Virus record (IMG/VR): IMGVR_UViG_3300006754_000012
Span: 7,110 to 71,109 of that record
Source of the DNA: a virus
Strand: one strand, 5' to 3'
Length of the DNA: 64,000 nucleotides
Position numbers and translations under genes: made by a program
Shown here: positions 29,026-38,565 of the stretch, piece by piece
Layout of the letters: each line of letters begins with the position of its first letter
How positions within the stretch are numbered: position 1 is the first letter of the stretch
Notes under the pieces: generated by a model
Told to the model about the DNA's origin: nothing
The model's input: only the letters and a program-made list of their open reading frames with translations
Databases searched by the model: none

Positions 29026-30669
29026 ATGGCCCTTCAATTCGTCAGATCGCAGATCAAAGATCTTGCAATCGATACATCTAAATTGGCAGCAAACGCAGTC
29101 AACGCAACCAAAATGGATCTAACAGCAACCTATGACTTTACGGGCGGTACGCTTACGGTCGCAACACCTAGTGCTGATGCACAAGCCGCAACTAAAGGCT
29201 ATGTAGATAGCATTGCACAGGGGCTTCACTGGAAAGACTCAGTAGCTGTTTGCGCTAGTGGAAATATTACACTTTCTGGTACACAGACCATTGATGGTGT
29301 TGCTGTCATTGCTAATGACCGCGTTCTTGTAAAAGGTCAGACAGATGGAACCGAGAACGGAATTTACGTTTGTGCTGTTGGCGCTTGGTCACGTTCAACT
29401 GATATGAACGCGGCTGGCGAGTTCCTTGGGGCGGCAATGTTCGTTCGCGAAGGTACTGTAAACGCTGATTCTGGTTGGGTTTGTACTAACGATGCCGTGA
29501 CTGTTGGCGTAACTTCTATAGCTTTCGCTCAATTCTCTGGCGCTGGACAGATTGTTGCTGGCCTTGGTCTTGCTAAGACTGGAAACACTCTTAGCGTGAA
29601 CGTTGATGATTCTTCTCTTGAGATTTCTGGAGATAGCCTTCAGGTCAAAGCAGGCGGTATCACTTCTGCCATGATCGCTGATGGCGCAATCGTAAATGCA
29701 GACATCAACGCTTCTGCGGCAATTGCATACAGCAAGCTGTCTTTGAACAACTCTGTCACTAACGCTGATTTAGCTGGAAGCATTGCTTACGGAAAGCTGG
29801 CTCTTGGTGGGGCTATCCTCAACAGTGACTTGGCTGGAAGTATTGCTTATAGCAAGTTGGCGCTTACTGGCGCAGTTCTAAATGCTGACTTGGCTGGAAG
29901 TATTGCTAATGACAAGCTGACCAACAACAGCATTACCATTGCTGGTTCTGCAACAGCATTAGGTGGTTCAATCTCAGCTTCAAGCATCTTGAATGTTGAT
30001 ATGGGAGGTGATTTCACGATTGGTACTCAAGGTGATGACAACGCCGTATTCAGTGGCAAGATCAAGGTTACTGGTAACCAGTTGCTTGATAATGCGAACA
30101 ATGCCGCTGTTTCATTTGATGGTGCTGGAAACATGGCCACAGGCGCTCTTCAGTTGAATGGTAACCTTATCAAAGCAAGCACTGGTGCTTCTGCAATTAC
30201 CTTGAGTGGTGCAGACGTAACCGTCGCTGGTGATTTGACTGTTACTGGTGATTTGACTGTTACTGGTGATGATATCACGATGACCACAAACACTGCTGGA
30301 CACATGCTTGTTGCTGACGGTACTAACTACAACCCTGTAGCTATTAGTGGTGATGTTGCGATGGCATCTAACGGTGTCGTGACCATTCAGGCAGATGCTG
30401 TTGATCCTTCAATGATCGCATTCAGGCCACGTTACCAAGAATTCGCTGGTGATGGTACTGCAACTGTGTTCAACCTTAGCTTCCGTATTTTGGATGCTAA
30501 CTGGCGTGTAGCCACTGTGTTCCGTAACGGACAGGCTCTTACCCAGGTTGCTTCTGGTGCTGATGATATAGATGAGTTCCAAGTTGCGGACAATGGTTCT
30601 GCTACTCAAATCACGTTTGGTGATGCACCAGAGTCTGGTGACGTACTCTACGTGACGTACTTAGCCTAA
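29026..30669 (+). CDS. Fibre-like virion protein
   Basis: AATKGYVD, NITLSGTQTIDG...DRVLVKGQT...NGIY, (NAD)LAGSIAYxKL repeats, GDLTVT repeats. Confidence 0.75.
   Translation: MALQFVRSQIKDLAIDTSKLAANAVNATKMDLTATYDFTGGTLTVATPSADAQAATKGYVDSIAQGLHWKDSVAVCASGNITLSGTQTIDGVAVIANDRVLVKGQTDGTENGIYVCAVGAWSRSTDMNAAGEFLGAAMFVREGTVNADSGWVCTNDAVTVGVTSIAFAQFSGAGQIVAGLGLAKTGNTLSVNVDDSSLEISGDSLQVKAGGITSAMIADGAIVNADINASAAIAYSKLSLNNSVTNADLAGSIAYGKLALGGAILNSDLAGSIAYSKLALTGAVLNADLAGSIANDKLTNNSITIAGSATALGGSISASSILNVDMGGDFTIGTQGDDNAVFSGKIKVTGNQLLDNANNAAVSFDGAGNMATGALQLNGNLIKASTGASAITLSGADVTVAGDLTVTGDLTVTGDDITMTTNTAGHMLVADGTNYNPVAISGDVAMASNGVVTIQADAVDPSMIAFRPRYQEFAGDGTATVFNLSFRILDANWRVATVFRNGQALTQVASGADDIDEFQVADNGSATQITFGDAPESGDVLYVTYLA
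29692..29920 (+). repeat. Four imperfect 20-codon repeats in the fibre gene
   Basis: NADINASAAIAYSKL / NADLAGSIAYGKL / NSDLAGSIAYSKL / NADLAGSIANDKL. Confidence 0.75.
30229..30270 (+). repeat. Exact 18-nt tandem duplication
   Basis: GGTGATTTGACTGTTACT x2 followed by GGTGAT (GDLTVT x2). Confidence 0.85.
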
Positions 30670-31130
30670 TGCGAAAAATACTAGTGCGATGGGATTCCCC
30701 AGATGGAACCGCTACTGTGTGTGCTGAAAGGGTTGGTGAACACCAATTACTCCCTTCGCACCTAGTATTATATAATGTGCAGGGGATGGCGGAATCGTCA
30801 TTCCCTGCCGTTACTATTGATACGCTGGCTATCAAGCGTGAAGAAATCTCTTACATGGCGGAAGGGAATCAAGAACAAGAGACAAAGGGGGAAAGTGTTG
30901 CTACTGTTGAGCAACAGCCAGTAGCCCCTGTTCCTGTAGAAAAGGGAAAAGCGGAAAAAGCGCAAACTACTGAACAAACCGAAGAAAAGGCGGAAGTAAA
31001 AGTTCCAACTGATTCTGTAAAGAAACAAACTGCTGGGGAGCAATCAGAAAATGGAGCAAATAATAGCGTCATACGCCGCACTCGTCCTAAGCGCAATCGT
31101 CGGACTAGATCACGTAATCCGCAGGTCTAA
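30669..31130 (+). CDS. Hypothetical protein
   Basis: TAATG-coupled to the fibre gene; acidic linker and Arg-rich tail overlapping the next ORF. Confidence 0.55.
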   Translation: MRKILVRWDSPDGTATVCAERVGEHQLLPSHLVLYNVQGMAESSFPAVTIDTLAIKREEISYMAEGNQEQETKGESVATVEQQPVAPVPVEKGKAEKAQTTEQTEEKAEVKVPTDSVKKQTAGEQSENGANNSVIRRTRPKRNRRTRSRNPQV

Positions 31131-31365
31131 AGACGACACTAAATCTTCGTTCGAAAAAACCGATGAACAACTAGTCTCGTTACGTTCATTTCGTGATAGG
31201 ATAGAAGGAGCCAACGCGCTTAAAAGGTTATCTAAGGTTGAAACTCTACAAAGGGCTGATGAAAATGCCCTAATAAGGATCGAGCAAAAACTTCAAGCAC
31301 TAGAGACTATACTTACAGTTTTGGCTGAAGATATTAGGGAAATGGGAAAGAATGATGCAACGTAA
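31051..31365 (+). CDS. Membrane-anchored coiled-coil protein
   Basis: N-terminal hydrophobic segment IIASYAALVLSAIVGL followed by heptad repeats. Confidence 0.55.
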   Translation: MEQIIASYAALVLSAIVGLDHVIRRSKDDTKSSFEKTDEQLVSLRSFRDRIEGANALKRLSKVETLQRADENALIRIEQKLQALETILTVLAEDIREMGKNDAT

Positions 31366-31531
31366 TGATCGAATGAGGCTGCTAGAGCTTCTAGATGCAG
31401 CTAAAAAAGAAGTTTCCGCTGCTAAGGTTGAAGTGGTGCATTGCAAATCTAATAGAGTCAATGGGCGAGTCCTATCAGACGGGGAATACTATACCTTTAG
31501 TGATAAAAAGGTTATAAACTCTAAAGTCTGA
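31352..31531 (+). CDS. Small hypothetical protein (not in the supplied ORF track)
   Basis: MMQRNDRMRLLELLDAAKKE...NSKV; fills the gap before the endolysin gene. Confidence 0.4.
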   Translation: MMQRNDRMRLLELLDAAKKEVSAAKVEVVHCKSNRVNGRVLSDGEYYTFSDKKVINSKV

Positions 31532-31568
31532 CCATAAGGTTAGTGCTAACCCACCAGATAGGTGAATA

Positions 31569-32171
31569 ATGGGATACTCGTTACCCCCTGTTTTGCAGCA
31601 CATTCAATCGCTTGGTTACCGAGTATTTACTACTGGTGCCTACAACCTAAACCTGTTTGGTATTCGTGGCAAAAACCGAGAATCTGATCAGTTTGATGAC
31701 TTACTTGGGTGTGCTTATAAAACCGAAGAGGGCGGGGGTTGGCATGTTCGTTATTGGCCAGCCACAACAGACCCAGGCGCATTCTGTTTGCAAAACCCAA
31801 CTGTTTATGGGACTGAGCTTGGCACAGCCATTTATAAACCTGGACAATATAGAGGCGTATATGAGGTTGGTATGCACAGAGGTAAATACCTAGCACTTGT
31901 CCAAACAGGGGGTAAAATCAAAGTCTACAGGGATTCCGATAGGGATACTGTATTAGATATGAATGAGTCCTCAGTACAAGAGGGGTACTTTGGCTGCAAT
32001 ATCCATAAGGCTGGTAAGGAAAGCACTCGCGTTGGAAAATGGAGCGCTGGGTGCCAAGTCCACGCCACCGAAAAAGGCCATTTGGAAATGATGGAATTAG
32101 TGGGGCTTCAATTGGGCCACCACCCTACATGGAAGAAAGTAACATATACGCTACTAGATCAGTGGTGGTAA
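31569..32171 (+). CDS. Endolysin, YkuD/L,D-transpeptidase-like fold
   Basis: LNLFGIRG, FDD, ATTDPG, NIHKAG...WSAGCQV (His/Cys dyad); adjacent to a holin. Confidence 0.75.
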   Translation: MGYSLPPVLQHIQSLGYRVFTTGAYNLNLFGIRGKNRESDQFDDLLGCAYKTEEGGGWHVRYWPATTDPGAFCLQNPTVYGTELGTAIYKPGQYRGVYEVGMHRGKYLALVQTGGKIKVYRDSDRDTVLDMNESSVQEGYFGCNIHKAGKESTRVGKWSAGCQVHATEKGHLEMMELVGLQLGHHPTWKKVTYTLLDQWW

Positions 32172-32183
32172 AAGGAGAGAGAA

Positions 32184-32393
32184 ATGCCAGATAAACTCAA
32201 AAGTCGTAAATTTTGGTTCGCCCTGCTTGGTGCAGTGCTACCAATTATTGCTCAATATTTTAGTTCTGAAGTTGAACTAAGTGAAGCTCTTCAACTTAGT
32301 ACAGGTGTCATTGCTGCTTACTTGTTTGGTCAAGGGTACGTAGACGGTAAAGCGTTGGAAGGTGTAGTGCCTGAACCGCAAAAAGAAGAGTAA
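32184..32393 (+). CDS. Holin
   Basis: KLKSRKFW N-terminus, two TM segments, AYLFGQGYVD. Confidence 0.75.
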   Translation: MPDKLKSRKFWFALLGAVLPIIAQYFSSEVELSEALQLSTGVIAAYLFGQGYVDGKALEGVVPEPQKEE

Positions 32394-32417
32394 TTATTTT
32401 CTCAACGGGGAGAAATC

Positions 32418-32657
32418 ATGAGTCTTAAAGATAAACTAGAAAAACTGAAAGCCAAGAAGCATTCTGCTGTTATTTGGACAGGAATCCTATTGATCGCAGT
32501 TGCAACCCTTCTTGCGCCACTTTGCATTGGTGGTGGAGAAGAAGTGCCACAGGCTGAGCCATTAGCGGCTGTAGAAGATCCAGCAGAAGCTGAAGAAGCT
32601 GAAGAGGCTGAAGAGGCCCCGCTACCAGAAGCGGAAGAAACTCAAGAGGCTGAATAG
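32418..32657 (+). CDS. Small membrane protein with acidic tail
   Basis: One TM segment followed by EAE repeats. Confidence 0.55.
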   Translation: MSLKDKLEKLKAKKHSAVIWTGILLIAVATLLAPLCIGGGEEVPQAEPLAAVEDPAEAEEAEEAEEAPLPEAEETQEAE

Positions 32658-32659
32658 GT

Positions 32660-32926
32660 ATGCAAGAAGGCGTACTACTCGCCCTTGGGGCGCTGGCGGC
32701 TGGGGGTCTAATGGCCCTTATAAAAGCTGCCAGCGCCTTTTTTGCCAAGGGTGAGGGCAGGCCAGTACCAAGCCATAATAAACGTGCTGCTGAACAACAG
32801 GCAACAAATGAGAAAGCTACAGCTACAGCAGAGGCCAAGGTTGCCCATAATGCAGTAGATAATGCAGTTGTTAGCGAAACTCCAGAGCATGATATTGTTG
32901 CCCTATGGAATAAGGAGAACACTTGA
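32660..32926 (+). CDS. Membrane protein, possible i-spanin-like
   Basis: N-terminal TM plus helical region, within the lysis cassette. Confidence 0.4.
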   Translation: MQEGVLLALGALAAGGLMALIKAASAFFAKGEGRPVPSHNKRAAEQQATNEKATATAEAKVAHNAVDNAVVSETPEHDIVALWNKENT

Positions 32927-33333
32927 GCCTGTTACTAATCGGCACAATTATAATGACTATCCCAGAAGCCCCTGTTGCAAGGGAGCCGATAACTGATCAG
33001 TGTGAAGTGGCTTCGGCGGTAGTTGGTGGGGCTACTATTCCAGCAACCTTGTCTAATAATGGTGTTGGCGTGTGTGGTGCTGTTTGCTTCCCTACATCTG
33101 ACGCTGCCGATCTTATAGATATGAAAATCTATAGCCAAGAGCTGTATACTATCTGCTCTGTAGATATTACTACCCTGCAAGCAGAAAATGCACTATTGTT
33201 AGAAGAGTTGCAAAGACCAGTGCCACTATCAAACCAGCCTTCCTTTAACAGGTGGGTTGGTAGGGGTGAGGGAATAGTGGCTGGTGTTTTGTTAGGTTTG
33301 GCCGCCTGGGGGGTCTACCAGGGGAGAAACTAA
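32923..33333 (+). CDS. Secreted/membrane protein, possible lysis accessory
   Basis: Hydrophobic N- and C-termini, four Cys, coiled coil. Confidence 0.45.
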   Translation: MSLLLIGTIIMTIPEAPVAREPITDQCEVASAVVGGATIPATLSNNGVGVCGAVCFPTSDAADLIDMKIYSQELYTICSVDITTLQAENALLLEELQRPVPLSNQPSFNRWVGRGEGIVAGVLLGLAAWGVYQGRN

Positions 33334-33599
33334 TGAGTGCTGAATCACCGTCAAACCTATTAGGTAAATTGCCACCTTGGGCCTTAATGTTCGTTTACCT
33401 TTCTGGCGGTGGGGCTATTGGCGGCCTTGGTATGAACTTTAACCATACATGCCCAGTAATCCCTGAACCTAGTATGGAACTGGCTTTAGCTACACTACAA
33501 GCGGAAGAATCGCTAAGGGACTTAGAGTCTATGACTCTTAGCTTTAACTTGATCACAGAATTGCTTTCTAAATGCCAAAGAGCTACTTCCGATGAGTAA
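33333..33599 (+). CDS. Small membrane protein
   Basis: TAATG coupling; hydrophobic/Gly-rich N-terminus. Confidence 0.5.
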   Translation: MSAESPSNLLGKLPPWALMFVYLSGGGAIGGLGMNFNHTCPVIPEPSMELALATLQAEESLRDLESMTLSFNLITELLSKCQRATSDE

Positions 33600-33684
33600 G
33601 TAAAGGCAAGCTGTCTTCATTTAAGAAAAAAGCCGAGGGTGCGTTTTTAAGCCGCCCCCCCTAAAAGTAAGCAGGAGAAAGCTA

Positions 33685-34557
33685 ATGTTATGCCTAAAAG
33701 AACTGCCAACATCTGCCGAGGGCAGATTGTGCCGAGCAGTCCCAAGAAAAGACGCAACTGGAGATATCTCATGGGATATTGATGTTTCGTTTAATATTAG
33801 GTGTGAGGAAGATGCTTACATAGCCAATGAGTATGTCCCAGGAGCGCTTCAGGCTTGGCACGCTGGTCAAGATGGGTCTAAGGGATCTGTTAAGTCTACA
33901 AGTGGTTATGATCTTGTTCACGTTATTATTGATGACGGTAATAACCAAGAAAAAATCGCGACTGGGCATAGCGATATTAGGCATTGTGTAGTCAACATAA
34001 ACGGGCAAGACTCATCATTGGTTGTCCGTTTCAGATTGCACGGGCTTTTGCCTCACGCCGCAAGCGCAATGGTTTATAAGCTTGATGAAATCATAGTAGT
34101 AAAGCTTTCTAGCCACCAGCTTTCTGTGTTTGGTAATGAAATTTCAAGCGTGTTTGAGAGTCAAATCATAGGTAAAGTTGCTTTAGTAGAAGTAGGCGAA
34201 GATCAGCATTGCGGAATAGTCACTGAAGAAACAGAAGAAAGCGTTAGCCTTGATCTAATAAATGGATCATTGAAAATAGAAAGTCCTTATAAATTGCTTT
34301 CTACAGTAAATGTTATCCCTCAAGAAGGTTTTGCTTTCGATCAACTTCTCGCTTCATATAAAGAAGCAATGGTTAGTATTGGCCGTGATGCTAGTTGGCA
34401 TGATTTGATCGAGTCAATGGGGCAAATGTATGCAAGCAACCAATTAGAGGCCAAGGCTTCTGACTACTCTGATGATTTTGCATTTGAGTTAAATGGTAAC
34501 GTAATCAAGAACGCAATTTCATTGTGCTCAGAAAGAGAAAGCGAAAATGCCATATAA
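33685..34557 (+). CDS. Hypothetical protein
   Basis: AGGAG SD, 290-aa ORF. Confidence 0.65.
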   Translation: MLCLKELPTSAEGRLCRAVPRKDATGDISWDIDVSFNIRCEEDAYIANEYVPGALQAWHAGQDGSKGSVKSTSGYDLVHVIIDDGNNQEKIATGHSDIRHCVVNINGQDSSLVVRFRLHGLLPHAASAMVYKLDEIIVVKLSSHQLSVFGNEISSVFESQIIGKVALVEVGEDQHCGIVTEETEESVSLDLINGSLKIESPYKLLSTVNVIPQEGFAFDQLLASYKEAMVSIGRDASWHDLIESMGQMYASNQLEAKASDYSDDFAFELNGNVIKNAISLCSERESENAI

Positions 34558-34807
34558 AATAACTAAAGATATGATCTTTCATAAAAACTGCTCAGCCAGT
34601 GAAAAAATAACTTTGGCAAAAGGTACTATCGTAAAAGAAGCGCACTGGTCTGAAATGGGTGCTGAAGATTTAGCCGCTTTTAGAAAGCTTGTTAAAAGGC
34701 ACCAAGCAAAGCACCCAAATGAGAGAATAGGGTTTTTCCATTACGATGGAAGAATACGATCCGCTGTCTTTAATAAAGGTTTAAGAAGAGCCAGGGGGTT
34801 GTTCTAA
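34547..34807 (+). CDS. Hypothetical protein
   Basis: 86-aa ORF overlapping both neighbours. Confidence 0.55.
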   Translation: MPYKITKDMIFHKNCSASEKITLAKGTIVKEAHWSEMGAEDLAAFRKLVKRHQAKHPNERIGFFHYDGRIRSAVFNKGLRRARGLF

Positions 34808-35085
34808 TGGAAGATAGAATGACTGTTCATTTTATGTCTCTTGAAGACCCTAAAAGGTCTTTACAAGATCCAGCATTAGCGTCCCTTTTGGAAAAGGGGT
34901 GGGTCATTGTCTCACATTTTGTTGTAGAGCGATCAGGTTCTCCAGAAATTGCCTTTGTGCTATCCCCACCTGAATATTCAAATCAGGTCGCGAAGCTTAC
35001 CGCGAAATTGGTTATGTTCGGTACGATTGGCGGTGTTTTTATTGGTTCTATAGCCTCTGCTCTTTTTTTAAACTTCCTACAGTGA
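34807..35085 (+). CDS. Hypothetical membrane protein
   Basis: C-terminal TM segment; TAATG coupling. Confidence 0.55.
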   Translation: MEDRMTVHFMSLEDPKRSLQDPALASLLEKGWVIVSHFVVERSGSPEIAFVLSPPEYSNQVAKLTAKLVMFGTIGGVFIGSIASALFLNFLQ

Positions 35086-35092
35086 GTAAATA

Positions 35093-35758
35093 ATGAATGT
35101 ACAAAATGTTTCGATCAAAAAACTTGTCCCTGATAACGCTAACCCCCGTGTCCATGATGAAAAAAACCTATCTGCAATCAGAGCTTCATTAGAGGCTCAT
35201 GGCCAAGTGGAACCATTAGTTGTCCAAGCCAACACCATGAAAGTAATTGGCGGAAATGGTCGCCTTAGCGTAATGAAAAAACTAGGGGAAACACACGTAG
35301 ATGTTGTCCTTTTAGATGTATCTGATGAGGATGCTCGTAAATTATCAATCTCATTAAACCGTAGTGGTGAGTTGGCAGGCTGGGACGAGCAAGTATTGTC
35401 TCAACATATCCAAGCACTATCTCAGCTTGGCGATGAGTTTGATCCTATTTCCCTTGGCTTTTCTGGTGAAGAGCTTGAAGGTTTACTTGCACAATTCGAT
35501 ACAGATATGGATACTCTTGGTTTAGCTCCCCCTGAAGAAAGCTATGTTGGCCAAGGCAGCCCAGAAATCCCAGAAGGAGCCGAACCTAAAGCAATGCCTA
35601 ATAGTAGTGTAAGAATGGTTCAGTTATTCTTGAACGAAGAAACTGCACCTATCTTCCAAATGTGGGTAAACACTCTTGCTAAAAAGCACGATACGGACAA
35701 CATTACAGATACCGTTTATAAAACAATTCAAGAAGCAGCAGAAGATTTTGCAAAATGA
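35093..35758 (+). CDS. ParB/Srx N-terminal domain protein (modification-associated type)
   Basis: LVPDNANPRVH, PLVV...VIGGNGRL, LNRSGELAGWD. Confidence 0.85.
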   Translation: MNVQNVSIKKLVPDNANPRVHDEKNLSAIRASLEAHGQVEPLVVQANTMKVIGGNGRLSVMKKLGETHVDVVLLDVSDEDARKLSISLNRSGELAGWDEQVLSQHIQALSQLGDEFDPISLGFSGEELEGLLAQFDTDMDTLGLAPPEESYVGQGSPEIPEGAEPKAMPNSSVRMVQLFLNEETAPIFQMWVNTLAKKHDTDNITDTVYKTIQEAAEDFAK

Positions 35759-36633
35759 GAATTGTTGTACGCTCTAAAGTCCCCGAAAAACAAATTAGGC
35801 CGTGGAAGGGTAAGCACCCACCAAAAGAGCATTACTCTTTTATGCTTACTGAGTCATGTGATGTTTATGCTCCAGACGGTACTCTTATTGTTGGGTACCG
35901 AAGAGGTGCCATATCTGAAAAAGCACTAGAAGAATCATACCCCACCTACCATTACATGAAGCGTTTTAAGAGCGATAATCGCGGGGTGTACGCTGGCGAA
36001 ACTCGCGTACCTAATGTTCGGCCTGACGGCACTGTTTCAAGACAAACACGCACAAGCAATGTCTCTAGTTGTGTAGCTGGGTTCTTTGAAGCACAGGGCG
36101 GGAGGCACCCTTTCTGTCGCCAAACAGCGTTCTTACAGCACCACCCAGAAAAATGGGAGGCCATACAGCCTTGCTTAAAAGAAGTTGCTAATGTTTTTAA
36201 AGACGTAGCGCCAAGTAAATATGAAGACCAAATGACTTATGTGGAAAAAGCACACCCCGCTTGGATTATTCCTGGGACACCATTTACAACGCTTACAGTC
36301 AATAATTGTGTCCCTTCTGCTTACCACCAAGACGGTGGCGATCTTAAAGATGGGATGGGCTGCTTGTTATGCTTTCGGAGAGGAGAGTACAGCGGTTTTG
36401 AATTGGTAGTCCCAGAGTATAGGTTTGCTGTAGATATGAGGCATGGGGATGTGCTTGTTTTCAACCCATGCGTTTGGCATGGAAATGTGCCCCCTTATGC
36501 TGCGGTAGGTGAAGAAAAGGTCGATTGGGAACGCATCACAGTCGTCCATTATTACAGGGAGGGGATACTCGGCTGTGATTCGCCAATGGGAGAATTAGAA
36601 AAAGCTAAAGAACGAGGCAAATTAAATGAGTAA
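35755..36633 (+). CDS. TET/JBP-family 2OG-Fe(II) dioxygenase
   Basis: CRQTAF, TPFTTLTVN, AYHQDGGD (HxD), GDVLVFN..WHGN (distal His), ERITVVHYYRE (2OG-binding Arg). Confidence 0.9.
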   Translation: MRIVVRSKVPEKQIRPWKGKHPPKEHYSFMLTESCDVYAPDGTLIVGYRRGAISEKALEESYPTYHYMKRFKSDNRGVYAGETRVPNVRPDGTVSRQTRTSNVSSCVAGFFEAQGGRHPFCRQTAFLQHHPEKWEAIQPCLKEVANVFKDVAPSKYEDQMTYVEKAHPAWIIPGTPFTTLTVNNCVPSAYHQDGGDLKDGMGCLLCFRRGEYSGFELVVPEYRFAVDMRHGDVLVFNPCVWHGNVPPYAAVGEEKVDWERITVVHYYREGILGCDSPMGELEKAKERGKLNE

Positions 36634-37306
36634 GACTAAAGTATTAGCAGCCGCCGAATGGTTACCGTTAGATCAATTTTTTGATTGGGATAGGAACCCA
36701 AGAGACAATGCCGAAGCAATTCCCGCTATTGCAGAATCAATTAAACGATTTGGATTCGTATCACCAATTGTGGTTTGGGAAGGCAAAAATCGGCTGGTAG
36801 CTGGCCACACCCGAATGGCGGCGCTTAAATTCCTTTTAGAAAAGAACCCAGAATTTACCCCCCCTTTCGCTCCAGGCCCAGGACTAATACCAGTAAGGCA
36901 GCACCCATTTAAAAATGAAGAAGATGCTAATGCGTATGCCATTGCTGACAACAAATTAGCTGAAGCTGCAAATTGGGATTCAGAAATACTTGTTGAGCTT
37001 CTTCAAGAGCTAGAAGCTAGCAGGAATGTAGACCTAACTACATTGGGTTGGAGTAATGATGAGTTTGATGATCTAATTGAAAATTTAGATATGCCAAGTG
37101 GTTTATTTGAGGGCCTTGATCTTGATCCAGATAAACTAGAGCGCATTGATGGCGTTTTAGACGATAGGGCTAAAACAATAGTATTGGTCTACACTTGCGA
37201 TAAAGAGGCACAAGCAATCAAAACTCGCCTGAATATAGATGATGAATATAATTTAGAACATAAAAAAATGTTCCCAGTTAGGGATCTGGGCTGGGCAGAA
37301 TTATGA
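36626..37306 (+). CDS. Second ParB/Srx N-terminal domain protein
   Basis: RNPRDN, SIKRFGFVSPIVV, LVAGHTR, AYAIADNKLAE.A.WD. Confidence 0.88.
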   Translation: MSKTKVLAAAEWLPLDQFFDWDRNPRDNAEAIPAIAESIKRFGFVSPIVVWEGKNRLVAGHTRMAALKFLLEKNPEFTPPFAPGPGLIPVRQHPFKNEEDANAYAIADNKLAEAANWDSEILVELLQELEASRNVDLTTLGWSNDEFDDLIENLDMPSGLFEGLDLDPDKLERIDGVLDDRAKTIVLVYTCDKEAQAIKTRLNIDDEYNLEHKKMFPVRDLGWAEL

Positions 37307-38565
37307 TACCAGAACTAGATAAAGGATATTATCACTCTCCTAGGTGGAGCAATGAGGTTGCTGATTGTTCAATGCCCATGACATTTGATCAGTACAGTCT
37401 TTGTACTTGGGGGTGTTTATATTGCTTCGCTGCTTTCCAAAAAGAATGTGGGGCAAGCCGAAGAGAAGCCTATTTAGCAAATAGACCTAAAGCTGTAAAT
37501 GTTAAAAGTTTTAAGAAGCATTTCTTAGATCCTGATTCCTCTCAGTTTGGGGAATATATAAAATCTAAGAAGGTAATGCAGTGGGGCGGAATGGCAGATC
37601 CGTTCTGTACATTAGAAAAAAAACACGGTGTTGGCTTAGAAATACTTAGGTTCTTGAGAGAGTTAGACTACCCACTAACCTTTTCCACAAAGGGCACGTG
37701 GTGGGTTCGGGACGAACGGTATGCTGAATTATTTAGGAATAACCCTAAATGGACTGTAAAAGTCACCCTTATTACCGAAGATCCGTGGAAAGCTAAAATT
37801 GTAGAGCCAGGGACGCCTCCTCCTAGGGCAAGGCTAAAGCTTATTGAAGACATAGCGAATTTTAACTGTGGTGGGGCGATTCTAAGGCTTAGACCGTTTA
37901 TGATAGGAATCACATCTCCTGGCCATTTAGACCTTATTAGGGAAGCCCACCAACGCGGGGCTATGTCAATGTCTACTGAGTTTTTCTGTTTAGAACAGCG
38001 TAGTAAAGGCTTAAAAGAAAAACTAAAAGTAATGTCAAGAGCCTCTGGGTTTAATTACTTATCTTTTTATAAAAAGTATAGTTACGCTCACGGTTATTTG
38101 AGATTAAATAGAAAAGTCAAAAAACCATTTATAGATGAAATGGACGACTTGTGTAAAGAAATAGGTATGCGTTTCTATGTTTCTGACGCACATTTCAAAG
38201 AGCGTAGTTGTGATTCAAACTGTTGTGGCCTAGGTCAAGACCATAATGTCAGCAAAGGGCAGTTTACCGAGGCTCTTTTAAAGTGTAAGAAAACAGGGAA
38301 AGTAACTTGGTGTGACATTACATCGAATGGTGAAATGAATCATTTGAAGGGCTTCTTGTGGAGAAGAGCTTCTGGCTTCAATACACGTGGAACAGACGCA
38401 AGAGCCAAGTTTTTAGATCATACAATGTATGACTATATGAATTGGTTGTGGAACAATCCAAATGCTGGGCAATCTCCATACAAAATGTTTGAAGGGATAA
38501 TGCAACCAAATGGTACAGACAATAACGGTAATATTATTTATGTATATAATGAGGATAAAGCATGA
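37303..38565 (+). CDS. Radical SAM enzyme (spore-photoproduct-lyase-like group)
   Basis: CTWGCLYC (CxxxCxxC), GGMADPF, STKG, EPGTPPP..RL, LRLRPF, later CCG. Confidence 0.85.
   Translation: MIPELDKGYYHSPRWSNEVADCSMPMTFDQYSLCTWGCLYCFAAFQKECGASRREAYLANRPKAVNVKSFKKHFLDPDSSQFGEYIKSKKVMQWGGMADPFCTLEKKHGVGLEILRFLRELDYPLTFSTKGTWWVRDERYAELFRNNPKWTVKVTLITEDPWKAKIVEPGTPPPRARLKLIEDIANFNCGGAILRLRPFMIGITSPGHLDLIREAHQRGAMSMSTEFFCLEQRSKGLKEKLKVMSRASGFNYLSFYKKYSYAHGYLRLNRKVKKPFIDEMDDLCKEIGMRFYVSDAHFKERSCDSNCCGLGQDHNVSKGQFTEALLKCKKTGKVTWCDITSNGEMNHLKGFLWRRASGFNTRGTDARAKFLDHTMYDYMNWLWNNPNAGQSPYKMFEGIMQPNGTDNNGNIIYVYNEDKA

Noticed and set aside
35093-37306. ParABS plasmid-prophage partition system
   Set aside because: No ParA ATPase, parS repeats or HTH domains were seen, and both genes are coupled to modification enzymes.
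37303-38565. Annotation as a true spore photoproduct lyase (DNA repair, splB)
   Set aside because: Only family-level similarity is visible, and the coupling to TET and glycosyltransferase genes argues for a biosynthetic role.
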